Assembly (NCBI GenBank): GCA_964482325.1
Contig: CAYZXD010000001.1
Span: 3,461-67,460 of the forward strand
From: an uncultured Spirochaetaceae bacterium
GTDB taxonomy: Bacteria > Spirochaetota > Spirochaetia > Sphaerochaetales > Sphaerochaetaceae
DNA length: 64,000 nucleotides
Direction: 5' to 3'
In this document: in pieces, positions 29,672 to 39,143 of the stretch
Position numbering within the stretch: position 1 is the first letter of the stretch
How the letters are laid out: every line of letters begins with the position of its first letter
Program-made: the position numbers and the translations under genes
The notes under the pieces: model-generated
Database searches by the model: none
Told to the model about the DNA's origin: nothing
What the model saw: only the letters and a program-made list of their open reading frames with translations

Positions 29672-32489
29672 AGACGAAACCCTTCCGGACTTGTGCTCCC
29701 CAACCCCGGTTGCTTCTCATGGCATTGAAGTAGGAACCTACACGCCATAGACTGATGTACTGACGGATGCCAAAATTTTCCGCTATAGCCATCCCAAGGA
29801 GTCTGAAGATATCACCGGTTCCATAAAGCTCATGATCTATTTCGTTCACCCAAATGGAAAAAACACTTACAAAGATTCCGAGAAGGACCGTCGAGCTAAA
29901 GAGTAATAATGCGATCGGCAGATTGAGTAAACCGAGCATTGCAGATAGTGCGACAAAGAAAAGGCCTTGAGCCTCAATGATTGGTCCCATGAACTCAAAA
30001 ATAAAATAATATGGCATACCGATCAGACCAAGCAGTCCATAACGGGGATTAGCAATCATTGAACTGTGAAACAGCATAATATCTATCAGACCGCGATGCC
30101 ACCTGTCCCGTTGTCGATGGAGGATCTTCCAAGATTCGGGAACCTCCGTCCAGCAATTTGCGTTATAGGCGTAATTGACGCGGTAGGGAATACGCAGATC
30201 TCTCATATGCCGCGTCAACCTGACTACCAGCTCCATGTCTTCACCCACCGTATCTTTTTGAAATTTCTCACTCTTGGTTAGGTATCCTCCAGTTTGTATA
30301 GTTCTTTTCCTGTTGAAGATTCCGAACGCACCACTGATGATCAGCAGAAGATTCATATGAGCCCATCCGACCCGTCCTGACATGAATGCTCGAATATATT
30401 CCAGCGATTGAAGCCGAGGAAGGAATTTTTTTGGAATAGAAATCGTGTCTAACGATCCCATCTCAACTTCACAACCATTCACCGGACAGATATTTCCTCC
30501 AGCGGCAATTACCTCACGCTCTGAATCAATCATGGTCGACACAGCTCTGAGTAACGCGTCCGATTCTAGGAGGGAGTCAGCGTCGATGCCGCAGAAATAA
30601 CTTTTTGAGGCTACATTCAATCCCAGATTGAGTGAATCAGCTTTTCCCCCATTCACTTTATCGACAACGATCAGATTCGGTATGTGTTTCGTGGTATACA
30701 CACCACGCATCGGACGGGTCTTCAGTGTGGAGTATACGATACTATCTCGTTTTTCCAGGTGGTAATAATCAATCAAATGCTTCAGTGTGTCATCTTTTGA
30801 TCCATCATTAACGACTATCAATTCAAAATTGGGATAACGCTGATTCAATAGGGAGTTGACGCTCTCTATGATGGTAGCAGCCTCATTGTACGCTGGGGCG
30901 ATGATAGAAATCGATGGAAGGAGATGCGGAGTGAACAACATGTGATCATCCTTGCTCTGCCACAATAGTGATTGTATGTGAGCTCCTCTAATCGAAATTC
31001 CTAGGATAATCAGATACACGACATTGATGAACACTGAGTAGAACGCGAACAAATAATTAAAACGGACCACAAACAGTCTTCCGATTTCAGGCCATGGCAA
31101 GTGAACAATCTCGGTGATTTCCCAGACAATCGTGATTATAGGTGGAATAAGAAGTATCAGAAGTAGGATGATAATCAGTCGTACCCGTTGAGGCTTTTCC
31201 GCATGAGGAGGAGGCAAGTCAGTCGTCCGGTCTCCATCGGTCACAAGCAGGATTTTTTGCAATCGTGTATCAAGATACTGCCTCATCTGTGATCTGAGTT
31301 GGGAATCTGTCTTGGCAAGAGGAGTAAACGTCATGATGATTGTGTTTTCGAGAGCAGAATTTTTGTTGCGATTGAGAAAAAAGAGTATTCCACTGGTTTG
31401 CTTAACATCGACAAGCCGTTTGATAAGATCAACAATTTCATCATGTAACGGCCCATTGATCTGCAGAAGAAAATAATCGATACGTTGGTTCAGTACGCGG
31501 GCGAGCAGCAGTTGTTCTTGTTTCACTTTGGTACGACGAAAATAGTCGAGTATATCAATCATGAGGGATGGTTTATGCATGGTCATCCTGATAAGAACTC
31601 TGACAATTTCTTCATGCAGTGCTTCATGCGAGGTATATGAGAGGATCGTGGCGATATTTGTGCGTGTTTGGCTCTTTCCATAGGCACGGAGAACAGCCCC
31701 CATCACATCACGATCCCGGCTTGTCGTAAAACGTCGATGCAACAGTTGTTCAGGAAAGTGTTTGAGAAGAGCTGTCAACGCAAGCTTTTGTACAGATTTA
31801 TTCTGGGAAAGTGCTTTTTCACGGATATAGTGAAGAAATTCTTTATGTGGATAGTCAGATACATAACTGCAGATAATTCGATGCATATACGTATGGGGAT
31901 TCTTTAATTGCTTCAGCAGGTAGGGCGCCAGCATGCTACCATACGTATTTAGAACAGCCTGTAACCGAATTGCCATGTGAGGTTTTGATCGTCTGATCTG
32001 TCTTACCAATAAAGGAATTGCTGGCCTTACGTGTTGGATAGACAAGGCTTGGCCAAGATACAAGGCCACTGTTGAATTGTGTTCATTCTTGAGTGCCTCC
32101 AGCAATGAAGCTTGGATATCATCTCGTTTGAGGTATCTCAGGCCAGCAGCAGATTCGATTCTTCGAAACCGTGAACGGGAGTGAAGTCCTCTCATCAAAT
32201 GCTCCGGGATGGAGCTGGACAAAATCCGATCCTGTAGTGGCTGTAACAGGTCTTTTGGAAGCGTGATAGTATTCTGGAGATGCTTATAAGAAGCAAATAG
32301 CGATTCAGGAGGTACATCTACTCCAATTGGACTGTTGGATAGCAGATGTTTTTCAATCAACGTATCAATTTCCTTCTGGCGCACATCGCGCATTCTTCTC
32401 AGGTATTTGGTTGCTATTGTAAGGCTTATCATCACGAGATCAAATATAAATATCGATAGGGTCAGTATAATCGCAAACTGCACTTGCAT
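29649..32489 (-). CDS. HEAT-repeat domain fused to a processive GT2 polysaccharide synthase
   Basis: N-terminal TM + HEAT-like helical repeats; APAYNE, VNDGS, GGKADSLN, IDADS (DxD), GEDMEL, QRDRW (QxxRW); C-terminal TMs. Confidence 0.92.
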   Translation of the reverse strand: MQVQFAIILTLSIFIFDLVMISLTIATKYLRRMRDVRQKEIDTLIEKHLLSNSPIGVDVPPESLFASYKHLQNTITLPKDLLQPLQDRILSSSIPEHLMRGLHSRSRFRRIESAAGLRYLKRDDIQASLLEALKNEHNSTVALYLGQALSIQHVRPAIPLLVRQIRRSKPHMAIRLQAVLNTYGSMLAPYLLKQLKNPHTYMHRIICSYVSDYPHKEFLHYIREKALSQNKSVQKLALTALLKHFPEQLLHRRFTTSRDRDVMGAVLRAYGKSQTRTNIATILSYTSHEALHEEIVRVLIRMTMHKPSLMIDILDYFRRTKVKQEQLLLARVLNQRIDYFLLQINGPLHDEIVDLIKRLVDVKQTSGILFFLNRNKNSALENTIIMTFTPLAKTDSQLRSQMRQYLDTRLQKILLVTDGDRTTDLPPPHAEKPQRVRLIIILLLILLIPPIITIVWEITEIVHLPWPEIGRLFVVRFNYLFAFYSVFINVVYLIILGISIRGAHIQSLLWQSKDDHMLFTPHLLPSISIIAPAYNEAATIIESVNSLLNQRYPNFELIVVNDGSKDDTLKHLIDYYHLEKRDSIVYSTLKTRPMRGVYTTKHIPNLIVVDKVNGGKADSLNLGLNVASKSYFCGIDADSLLESDALLRAVSTMIDSEREVIAAGGNICPVNGCEVEMGSLDTISIPKKFLPRLQSLEYIRAFMSGRVGWAHMNLLLIISGAFGIFNRKRTIQTGGYLTKSEKFQKDTVGEDMELVVRLTRHMRDLRIPYRVNYAYNANCWTEVPESWKILHRQRDRWHRGLIDIMLFHSSMIANPRYGLLGLIGMPYYFIFEFMGPIIEAQGLFFVALSAMLGLLNLPIALLLFSSTVLLGIFVSVFSIWVNEIDHELYGTGDIFRLLGMAIAENFGIRQYISLWRVGSYFNAMRSNRGWGAQVRKGFVSNAKGRT

Positions 32490-32490
32490 T

Positions 32491-34524
32491 TCAGTTCTCC
32501 TCTATCTGTATGCGTTTGGCAATCATCTTTACCACTCCGATCAGCTCAACAAGGAGTACAGGGCGAAGGAAGAAATGACTGATATTCATTTCAAGTGCTC
32601 TATTTACTGTATTTTCATTCTTCACTGCGCTCATGAGGAGAAATGGGATATTCCTTGTCTCAGGATTATTCAGCAACTCCTTACGAAGCGTGATAGCGTT
32701 GATCTTTTCCACCATAAGCTCACTTATGATGATGTCCGGGAGCTCCGTCTGAATCTGAAGTTTAGCTAACAGACCGTTATCCGCAATGAAGACCTGAAAC
32801 CCTTCACGTATCAATTCTTTCTTGATCAGTTCACGTCCCAGACCTGGCGGATCAATCAGCAGCACGGTATGGAGAGATTTTTCACCCAGGGGGACTATTG
32901 AGGAGGAAACTAGGATTCTTCCACCTCGTTTCTGAGCAAGTCGTAGTCTGAATTGAGTTGTCTGAACCATCACGGCTTTCAGTTGTTCTTCATCATTTTG
33001 CAGGGAATCAGGAAACTCATGGGAACAGAAAATACCTCCGGAAATGGTTATCGGGACTATGAATGCCTCAGAATCGGAAACTGTATGTATCAATTTCTCA
33101 ACTTCCTCAATCACGTCTGATCCTGCAAGATTCACCGTATAGAGACCAAAAACACTTCCAGCTAAACGAAATACTTTGCAGTCAAACGAAAGATGCCGTT
33201 CGATTATGAAGGTGAGATTCCTTAAGGTTGCATCCCCCTCAGAACTTCCGAAATCGATATTGATCTGAGCAAGATTGTCTACACTCAACATAACACAGCA
33301 GATACTTTGTTTTTCTGAAATCATCTGATGTATGATCTCAGTAATGAAGAGATTATGGACATTCTGATTGTAAAGGCCGGTAACTGCATCTCGAGAGAGG
33401 CTTTCCTGCAGTTCGTTCAACCGTAACTCCAAGCTTGATCGCTCCTTTTCCAAGTTATCAATTTGTATCGACTGCGAAGATATAATACTGCTTGCCTCAA
33501 ACGCCTGAGTTCTGAATACTTTCGGAAGAGGAATTGCATATGATTTACTGAGCATTTCAGCTGTCGGGGCAATGATCGTTATCCATTCGAGACCCTTTTT
33601 CTCTAATACCAAGTTGAAAAAGGTCTCCCAAATATCCTCATCTTGTGTCTTACATGAGGTCACTTCCCGTGTTGCATCATCGAACTGAAATGCAGAATCG
33701 TTGAACAATTGCTGGACATCGGTCAACGTGTAAGTTGCCAGATATCGTTTTACAATCTGGTTGCAAAGGGCAAGATACCCTCCCGCTTCCATGAGGTCTT
33801 TTTTTACGAGATCGAGGAATAGTCCACAAGAGAGATCCCTGAGAATCTCAATATGACGACGAGGATTCTTAGTGATAATTGAGCCATGTTGTGGACAAAT
33901 CATTGAAATATCATATTGAAGCAATGTATCCATAGTTGATTTAAGGATGGCATGAGAAGGCATGTAGGTCTCATGAAATGTCTTCATGGCTTCCTCATAA
34001 TCAGGACCGGCATAGAGATTCCACTGTTTGGTGACTGCACCGAAAACATCACCGGAGAGAAGGACCTTCTGTTGAGGAAGATAGGTCATGATTGCTCCGG
34101 GGAAATGGAGATAAGGAGTAAAAATAAACTCGATGGAGGACCCGTCGACCAACGGAAATCGATAATTTTGCAAATTCACGTGGTAGAATGATCTGTGTAC
34201 GCCATAATAGGAAATAATCAAGGATGCCCGAGTGTGACAGCAATACACCCCTTTGAACCCATGCTTTTCAAATAGCGGGAGAGAGGAACAGAGATCGGGA
34301 TCTTGATGGCTACAGACAATCGCATCAAGTTTTTGTATGGGAACAAGTTGTTGTACTTTGTGAGAAACAATTTCAAAATCAAGCACTGATCCGGCATCGA
34401 ACAGGATTGCACTCTTTCCCTGTAATAGAAGAAAGGGGTTGCATTGGAGATTCCTCTTTGTATCATTCACCCCAACCCACCAGAGCCCATCAGTTATCGG
34501 AATTGGATTGGTACTTTCTGTCAT
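32491..34524 (-). CDS. ODP-type di-iron (MBL-fold) sensor + degenerate GGDEF + atypical receiver
   Basis: SHQDPD, HFPG, SGDVFG, PQHG; coiled coil; DAVTGLYN...SVDNLAQINIDFGSSEGD with RLAGSVF in place of RxGGDEF; REC with ISELM (phospho-Asp replaced by Glu). Confidence 0.85.
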   Translation of the reverse strand: MTESTNPIPITDGLWWVGVNDTKRNLQCNPFLLLQGKSAILFDAGSVLDFEIVSHKVQQLVPIQKLDAIVCSHQDPDLCSSLPLFEKHGFKGVYCCHTRASLIISYYGVHRSFYHVNLQNYRFPLVDGSSIEFIFTPYLHFPGAIMTYLPQQKVLLSGDVFGAVTKQWNLYAGPDYEEAMKTFHETYMPSHAILKSTMDTLLQYDISMICPQHGSIITKNPRRHIEILRDLSCGLFLDLVKKDLMEAGGYLALCNQIVKRYLATYTLTDVQQLFNDSAFQFDDATREVTSCKTQDEDIWETFFNLVLEKKGLEWITIIAPTAEMLSKSYAIPLPKVFRTQAFEASSIISSQSIQIDNLEKERSSLELRLNELQESLSRDAVTGLYNQNVHNLFITEIIHQMISEKQSICCVMLSVDNLAQINIDFGSSEGDATLRNLTFIIERHLSFDCKVFRLAGSVFGLYTVNLAGSDVIEEVEKLIHTVSDSEAFIVPITISGGIFCSHEFPDSLQNDEEQLKAVMVQTTQFRLRLAQKRGGRILVSSSIVPLGEKSLHTVLLIDPPGLGRELIKKELIREGFQVFIADNGLLAKLQIQTELPDIIISELMVEKINAITLRKELLNNPETRNIPFLLMSAVKNENTVNRALEMNISHFFLRPVLLVELIGVVKMIAKRIQIEEN

Positions 34525-37500
34525 CTTTTCTCCTTGAAATATCTTTGTAATATGGAATAACTTTCCTTGATTCGTTCACGGTATCGTGGGTAGTTCCATG
34601 GTTGCCACGGTAGAAATCCAACTGATTCATCAGCCGCAGTACCAAAGTTCCCGACAACCTGCCGACTCTCTTTTTCTACCACGACTGCTGATACTCTGAT
34701 CCCTTCTGAGAGCTTCGTGTGCAACACATCACGAGGGGGATCGGTATTAAAAGTCCTGTCATCATCCAGAACTCGACCTGATGATGGATCTGAAACATTG
34801 ATCCTTCCCCAAGGTATCCTGAGAGTGATTGCAGATCCCGTATGCAACCAATGATTGGTTGCTCCCTCCTGATGCCCATAACGCAGTGAAGACGATTCTT
34901 CATACCGTGCAGGGATTGGAGTAAGATCCGGTAAAGCTCTGGCCCGATTGATGAGTTTATGCATGGAAACGAACAGGCCTCTTGATTCAAGTCCTTCATA
35001 GGAGGAAAAGCGATATTGAGTACTGTTAGCGGGGGGAATAGCGAGCAGTCTTGCCGTCGTTGTTCCATCAAGAACCACCATAAATTCCATACCAGAGAGA
35101 GATTGGAGGGCAATATCAGGCCCATAGCTTAACTCACCTCTGTCTCGAGCGTAGGTATCGATACCGATCATAACTGCATGCTTATCAAAATCGATAGAAT
35201 CAGCAAAATCCATATCAATGTGGAGGTATGATGCATCCAGAGAGAGTCCAACCGCACTGATCATGTTATTATTGAGTGTAATCAATGTACTTCGTCGTTC
35301 TGGTTTAACTGCTTCTAAAGCAAGGATGCCGTAGTTCTGTTCAGGGTCGATGGTATTGTGCCAGAGAATCTGTCGGTCATAGGGAATCATATACGGTTCT
35401 GTTGTCCAAGTCTTCTTTGCCCATTCATCCATCCATTCGAAGATGATGCCTCCGGCATATCCTTCCCTCCGCATTGCTTCAAACATTCTGATGATCCCAT
35501 ATCCCTGTTCCTGTTCGGTCATGGAGCCATGATGATATCCATCAGGATTTTCATGAGCATTGCCCATACCAGTTGCCAACCCGAATTCAGCTACAACTGC
35601 AGGATAAGCCTTATGGTCTTCCATGAATTCTCTCAGGTAACCCCCATACCGAAACCGTCCCCGGTCATCCTGATACTCATCGTACAAAGGATCATTGTTC
35701 ATAAAATCGGGGTAGTTCGGATAAATATGGTAGGCTCCGAAGATGCCGGTTTTCAATTTTTCACCTGGCAATATATTGTTGATGTTCACCGTGGTGTAAT
35801 CATTCATTTCGAATACTTTTTTCCCCTCTTCATTGCGTTCAGATGGATGATCGATGGGATCAAGTGTCGGCCAGTTTACTATCGCGACTGGATGTTGCCA
35901 TCCATAACGATTTTCTTCATAGGCAAGCGTGTAATCCATACTGGAGGCAAGCCATACCTCCGTAGGAGAGGCTTCAGGACGGGTAGTGATATAAGCTCCG
36001 CTGAAACGGACATTTGGGTTTTTTCGATCCGTCTCAAAAACTTCATGTGGTTCCAGTTCTCTTCCAACGAGATATCCCAAGACATAAGCGGATACGTCAC
36101 TCGTATAATTCCCCCAGGCTCTCCCTCGACGTTCCGGAATAACTGCATTACCATGAACAGCATCAATGACATGACGAATTTCCTGTTCAAATGCAACTTG
36201 ATAGCTCTCTTTTAAGTAATTCTCTTCTTCAGGATATTCCTCCGGCCAGATTTCCTGCATAAGATATAACTGGGTCGCTGGATTGAGCTGATTGTACAGC
36301 AGTAGAGCATCGTAGAACATGGGGTCGAGCAACGTATAGATTCGAATGGTATTCACGCCCAACTCCCCAATCTGTTCGAGCCACCGATAGTACAAGGACT
36401 TGTCTTGCGGGAAATCAGTGAACCACTTGCCCGGCATTGCTATACCGATATTTATTCCATGGATAAATAGATCTTCCCATTGATTATTACGCCAGGTCTG
36501 CAACCTCTTCCCTTCTGTTCGTGAAACCATCATAGTACCGTCAACTTGCGTAGAGGTACGAGTACTCTTTCTGATCGGGGTCTCTTTTCGTTCCCTTGTT
36601 TCTTTGGCAATCGACTGCATCAACGGAAGATACAGATGCCAAAAAAAGCTCTTTTCATTTTCGATGGAATTGGGTATCGCTGTACGCATCACCGATGAAA
36701 GCCCGGCGAGGTAGGGGAAGTTTATTGGGCGTGAGCTGAAGGCCCAGTTGCCGGCAAGATAATAGGTGCTGTGGTAGGCTGTTTCCCCTCGAATAATTGC
36801 AGGAAATGTAGGACTCAGTCCGACCTCTTTAAGCATCTGTTCGCCTTTTTCATGTACGTCCAAGGTGTATGTGGCTAGTACTTCAGCCCCTGAAAGCGGT
36901 TCTACAATATCGAACTGTATGGGTACTTGATATATACCGGAAAGACCGAGAGCAGTCTCTCCTTCTGGAGTAAAAGCGAACTGATTTGCCAGAGGACCAA
37001 TTTCCTTGCCCATGGTTAAAACTAAAAAATCATCATCCGTATTGAAGAGGACAAATCCGCTTCCTGTATAGTTCCAGATTGCTCCCGATTTTTTTTCATA
37101 CTCATCAGGTATCCAGGAGGGCACATCACCCGATCTTGAAAGATCAATAACATAGGTTCCTGTCCAGCCAGTCCACCGGGAACGGAACATCTCATAGAGC
37201 TGGGTCTGAATATAGGGTGGCGTAGGAGTGGCGAATGTATTGTATTCAGCGATGATGGTATTCGGCATGTCCCGGTTCAAAAAAGCTCTCAGGGTATCAA
37301 CATCTTCCTGCTTCATCCCTCCATATAGCAGATTGCTGCCAACCTGGTCGGATTGCCCACGAATGAACCCCTCTCCTTCACGATAGACCCCGTATGTATC
37401 GGAGATATAGACGATATCCAGATCATCAGGAAGTGGTCCCAGTGGTACTATATCGCTGTCCCCGGAAGGTAGGAGATGCCGCCCCCTGTAGGAAATCGGC

Positions 37501-37790
37501 ATCTGGTGTCGTACTCCCGATTCGTTAAACATCTTCGAGTGATGTAAAAACCATGCAAGACCTGCATGATGTTGAACCGGCAATGCAGGGACTGTCTTGG
37601 TGTAAACCAATAGGGAAACAGGAACAGTGGGTGTAATCACCCAGATCACAAATGGTGATATCAATAGCAGGAACACTAGTACTGCTATAATAATGAGAGG
37701 ATTCTTTTGATATTCACCGGGAGTGGTTAATTTATCCCCTTTTTTCTTTCGCATATACAAACAGTATAAATTAGTCTTATCTCCTTTCAT
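34521..37790 (-). CDS. 1089-aa membrane-anchored protein: N-terminal extracytoplasmic domain + clan GH-A-like TIM-barrel glycoside hydrolase
   Basis: Single N-terminal TM; GINIG, GVNTIRIYT, GRELEP, VVAEFG, GGIIFEWMDEWAK; ATGA overlap with the next gene; start uncertain (37790 or 37754). Confidence 0.75.
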   Translation of the reverse strand: MKGDKTNLYCLYMRKKKGDKLTTPGEYQKNPLIIIAVLVFLLLISPFVIWVITPTVPVSLLVYTKTVPALPVQHHAGLAWFLHHSKMFNESGVRHQMPISYRGRHLLPSGDSDIVPLGPLPDDLDIVYISDTYGVYREGEGFIRGQSDQVGSNLLYGGMKQEDVDTLRAFLNRDMPNTIIAEYNTFATPTPPYIQTQLYEMFRSRWTGWTGTYVIDLSRSGDVPSWIPDEYEKKSGAIWNYTGSGFVLFNTDDDFLVLTMGKEIGPLANQFAFTPEGETALGLSGIYQVPIQFDIVEPLSGAEVLATYTLDVHEKGEQMLKEVGLSPTFPAIIRGETAYHSTYYLAGNWAFSSRPINFPYLAGLSSVMRTAIPNSIENEKSFFWHLYLPLMQSIAKETRERKETPIRKSTRTSTQVDGTMMVSRTEGKRLQTWRNNQWEDLFIHGINIGIAMPGKWFTDFPQDKSLYYRWLEQIGELGVNTIRIYTLLDPMFYDALLLYNQLNPATQLYLMQEIWPEEYPEEENYLKESYQVAFEQEIRHVIDAVHGNAVIPERRGRAWGNYTSDVSAYVLGYLVGRELEPHEVFETDRKNPNVRFSGAYITTRPEASPTEVWLASSMDYTLAYEENRYGWQHPVAIVNWPTLDPIDHPSERNEEGKKVFEMNDYTTVNINNILPGEKLKTGIFGAYHIYPNYPDFMNNDPLYDEYQDDRGRFRYGGYLREFMEDHKAYPAVVAEFGLATGMGNAHENPDGYHHGSMTEQEQGYGIIRMFEAMRREGYAGGIIFEWMDEWAKKTWTTEPYMIPYDRQILWHNTIDPEQNYGILALEAVKPERRSTLITLNNNMISAVGLSLDASYLHIDMDFADSIDFDKHAVMIGIDTYARDRGELSYGPDIALQSLSGMEFMVVLDGTTTARLLAIPPANSTQYRFSSYEGLESRGLFVSMHKLINRARALPDLTPIPARYEESSSLRYGHQEGATNHWLHTGSAITLRIPWGRINVSDPSSGRVLDDDRTFNTDPPRDVLHTKLSEGIRVSAVVVEKESRQVVGNFGTAADESVGFLPWQPWNYPRYRERIKESYSILQRYFKEKR

Positions 37791-38114
37791 ACCGAAAAAA
37801 ACAATTTGTGGGATAAGTCCTGTAATAATGAAAGATTACCAGAAAATGACCAATCCAGAAGAACCTTTTTACACTACTCTGAATTACTTCTGGAGCAACT
37901 CACTGTATCAAAAGATAAATATTTGCTAATTAGTAAAATATTAGTGATTATATATAGTAATAAATATGCTATAATATGCACTATCATATGGGAACATATA
38001 GAGAGTCCCATTACTTCGGAACCGACACAAACACCTGAGCCAATACTAAGCAGAATTGATGGGACACATACAGAGAAGAGTAAATAAGCTCCGAAGAGAC
38101 GGAGAAAGAATGAG

Positions 38115-39143
38115 CTACAACAAATAAATTTCTTTATCGATGAACAGATCGACAAGTTGTGGATCAAATTGTTTTCCGGAACAGAGTTTGAGTTCCTCTA
38201 TGGCCAGTTCTGTGGGCAATGCTGAACGATAAGCCCGATTACTCGTCATCGCATCATAAGCATCAGCAAGTGCCACAATTCTTACATCAAGAGGAATCTC
38301 AGAGCCTTTCAGTCCGTCGGGGTATCCTTTTCCATCCATTCGCTCATGGTGGCTTCGTATGATCGGACGATATTCCTGGAACAGATCAATATGTCCGATG
38401 ATTCTCTCTCCGGAAATCGGATGCATATGGATAATTTCCATCTCTTCATCGGTGAGTTTTCCCTTCTTGTTCAGAATTTCCTCTGAAATACCGACCTTCC
38501 CGATGTCGTGAAGCAATGCACCCCCTTCAAGGATAGACAGGTGCTCTTCCGAGAAGTTCAGAGCCTTTCCTAAAGCGATAGCGATGTTGCGTACCCGATG
38601 ACAATGTCCTTTTGTGTAAGAATCTTTTTGCTCGATGGTTTCAGAAAAAGCTTCCAATGTGGCACGAGTGGTATTCTTCAGAGCGGATAAGGCCTGTCTG
38701 AGATTACTCTCCAATGTTTTTTGGTAATCGCGGTTTTGTGCCAGTGAAGCCAACTGTTCCCGATGAACCACCGATTTGGAGAGTGTCCGATCGACGCAAT
38801 CGAGTAGCGTCTCACGTTTTACCGGTTTCGTCAGATAATCTGAAGCTCCCGCTCTGATTGCTTTCATCCCGGTATCCAGGTCATTAAATGCGGTCAGCAT
38901 TACTACCGGAAGAGCGGGGTGATGTTGCTGTATCATCTCAAGCACATCAAATCCTGAGGGACCAGGCATCTTAATATCAAGGAGTACCAGATCTACATGA
39001 TTTCCCTCTGTAGCAAGGACTTCTTTCAACTCATATCCATTTTGACAGGGAGTGACATCATAGCCCTGCTTAGTCAGAAAGAGCTGCAGGACCTTTCGTA
39101 TTGCCGGGTCGTCATCTGTCGTCACGATATGTCTGTTCATCAT
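38115..39143 (-). CDS. REC-HD-GYP response regulator (RpfG-like c-di-GMP phosphodiesterase)
   Basis: Intact receiver (DDD, LLDIKMPG, MLTA, LTKP); GHCHRV, HDVGK, HHERMDGKGYP, ADAYDAMTS. Confidence 0.93.
   Translation of the reverse strand: MMNRHIVTTDDDPAIRKVLQLFLTKQGYDVTPCQNGYELKEVLATEGNHVDLVLLDIKMPGPSGFDVLEMIQQHHPALPVVMLTAFNDLDTGMKAIRAGASDYLTKPVKRETLLDCVDRTLSKSVVHREQLASLAQNRDYQKTLESNLRQALSALKNTTRATLEAFSETIEQKDSYTKGHCHRVRNIAIALGKALNFSEEHLSILEGGALLHDIGKVGISEEILNKKGKLTDEEMEIIHMHPISGERIIGHIDLFQEYRPIIRSHHERMDGKGYPDGLKGSEIPLDVRIVALADAYDAMTSNRAYRSALPTELAIEELKLCSGKQFDPQLVDLFIDKEIYLL

Noticed and set aside
37700-37760. Possible frameshift at the 5' end of the 1089-aa gene (GTG 37717 plus one A would give MNIKKNPL)
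   Set aside because: In-frame ATGs exist at 37754 and 37790, and the SD-like GGGG is 17 nt from the GTG; unresolved without reads
37806-38167. Overlapping 93-aa and 97-aa ORFs and a plus-strand TG-TATAAT in the AT-rich spacer
   Set aside because: Low-complexity AT-rich promoter region where such matches are expected by chance
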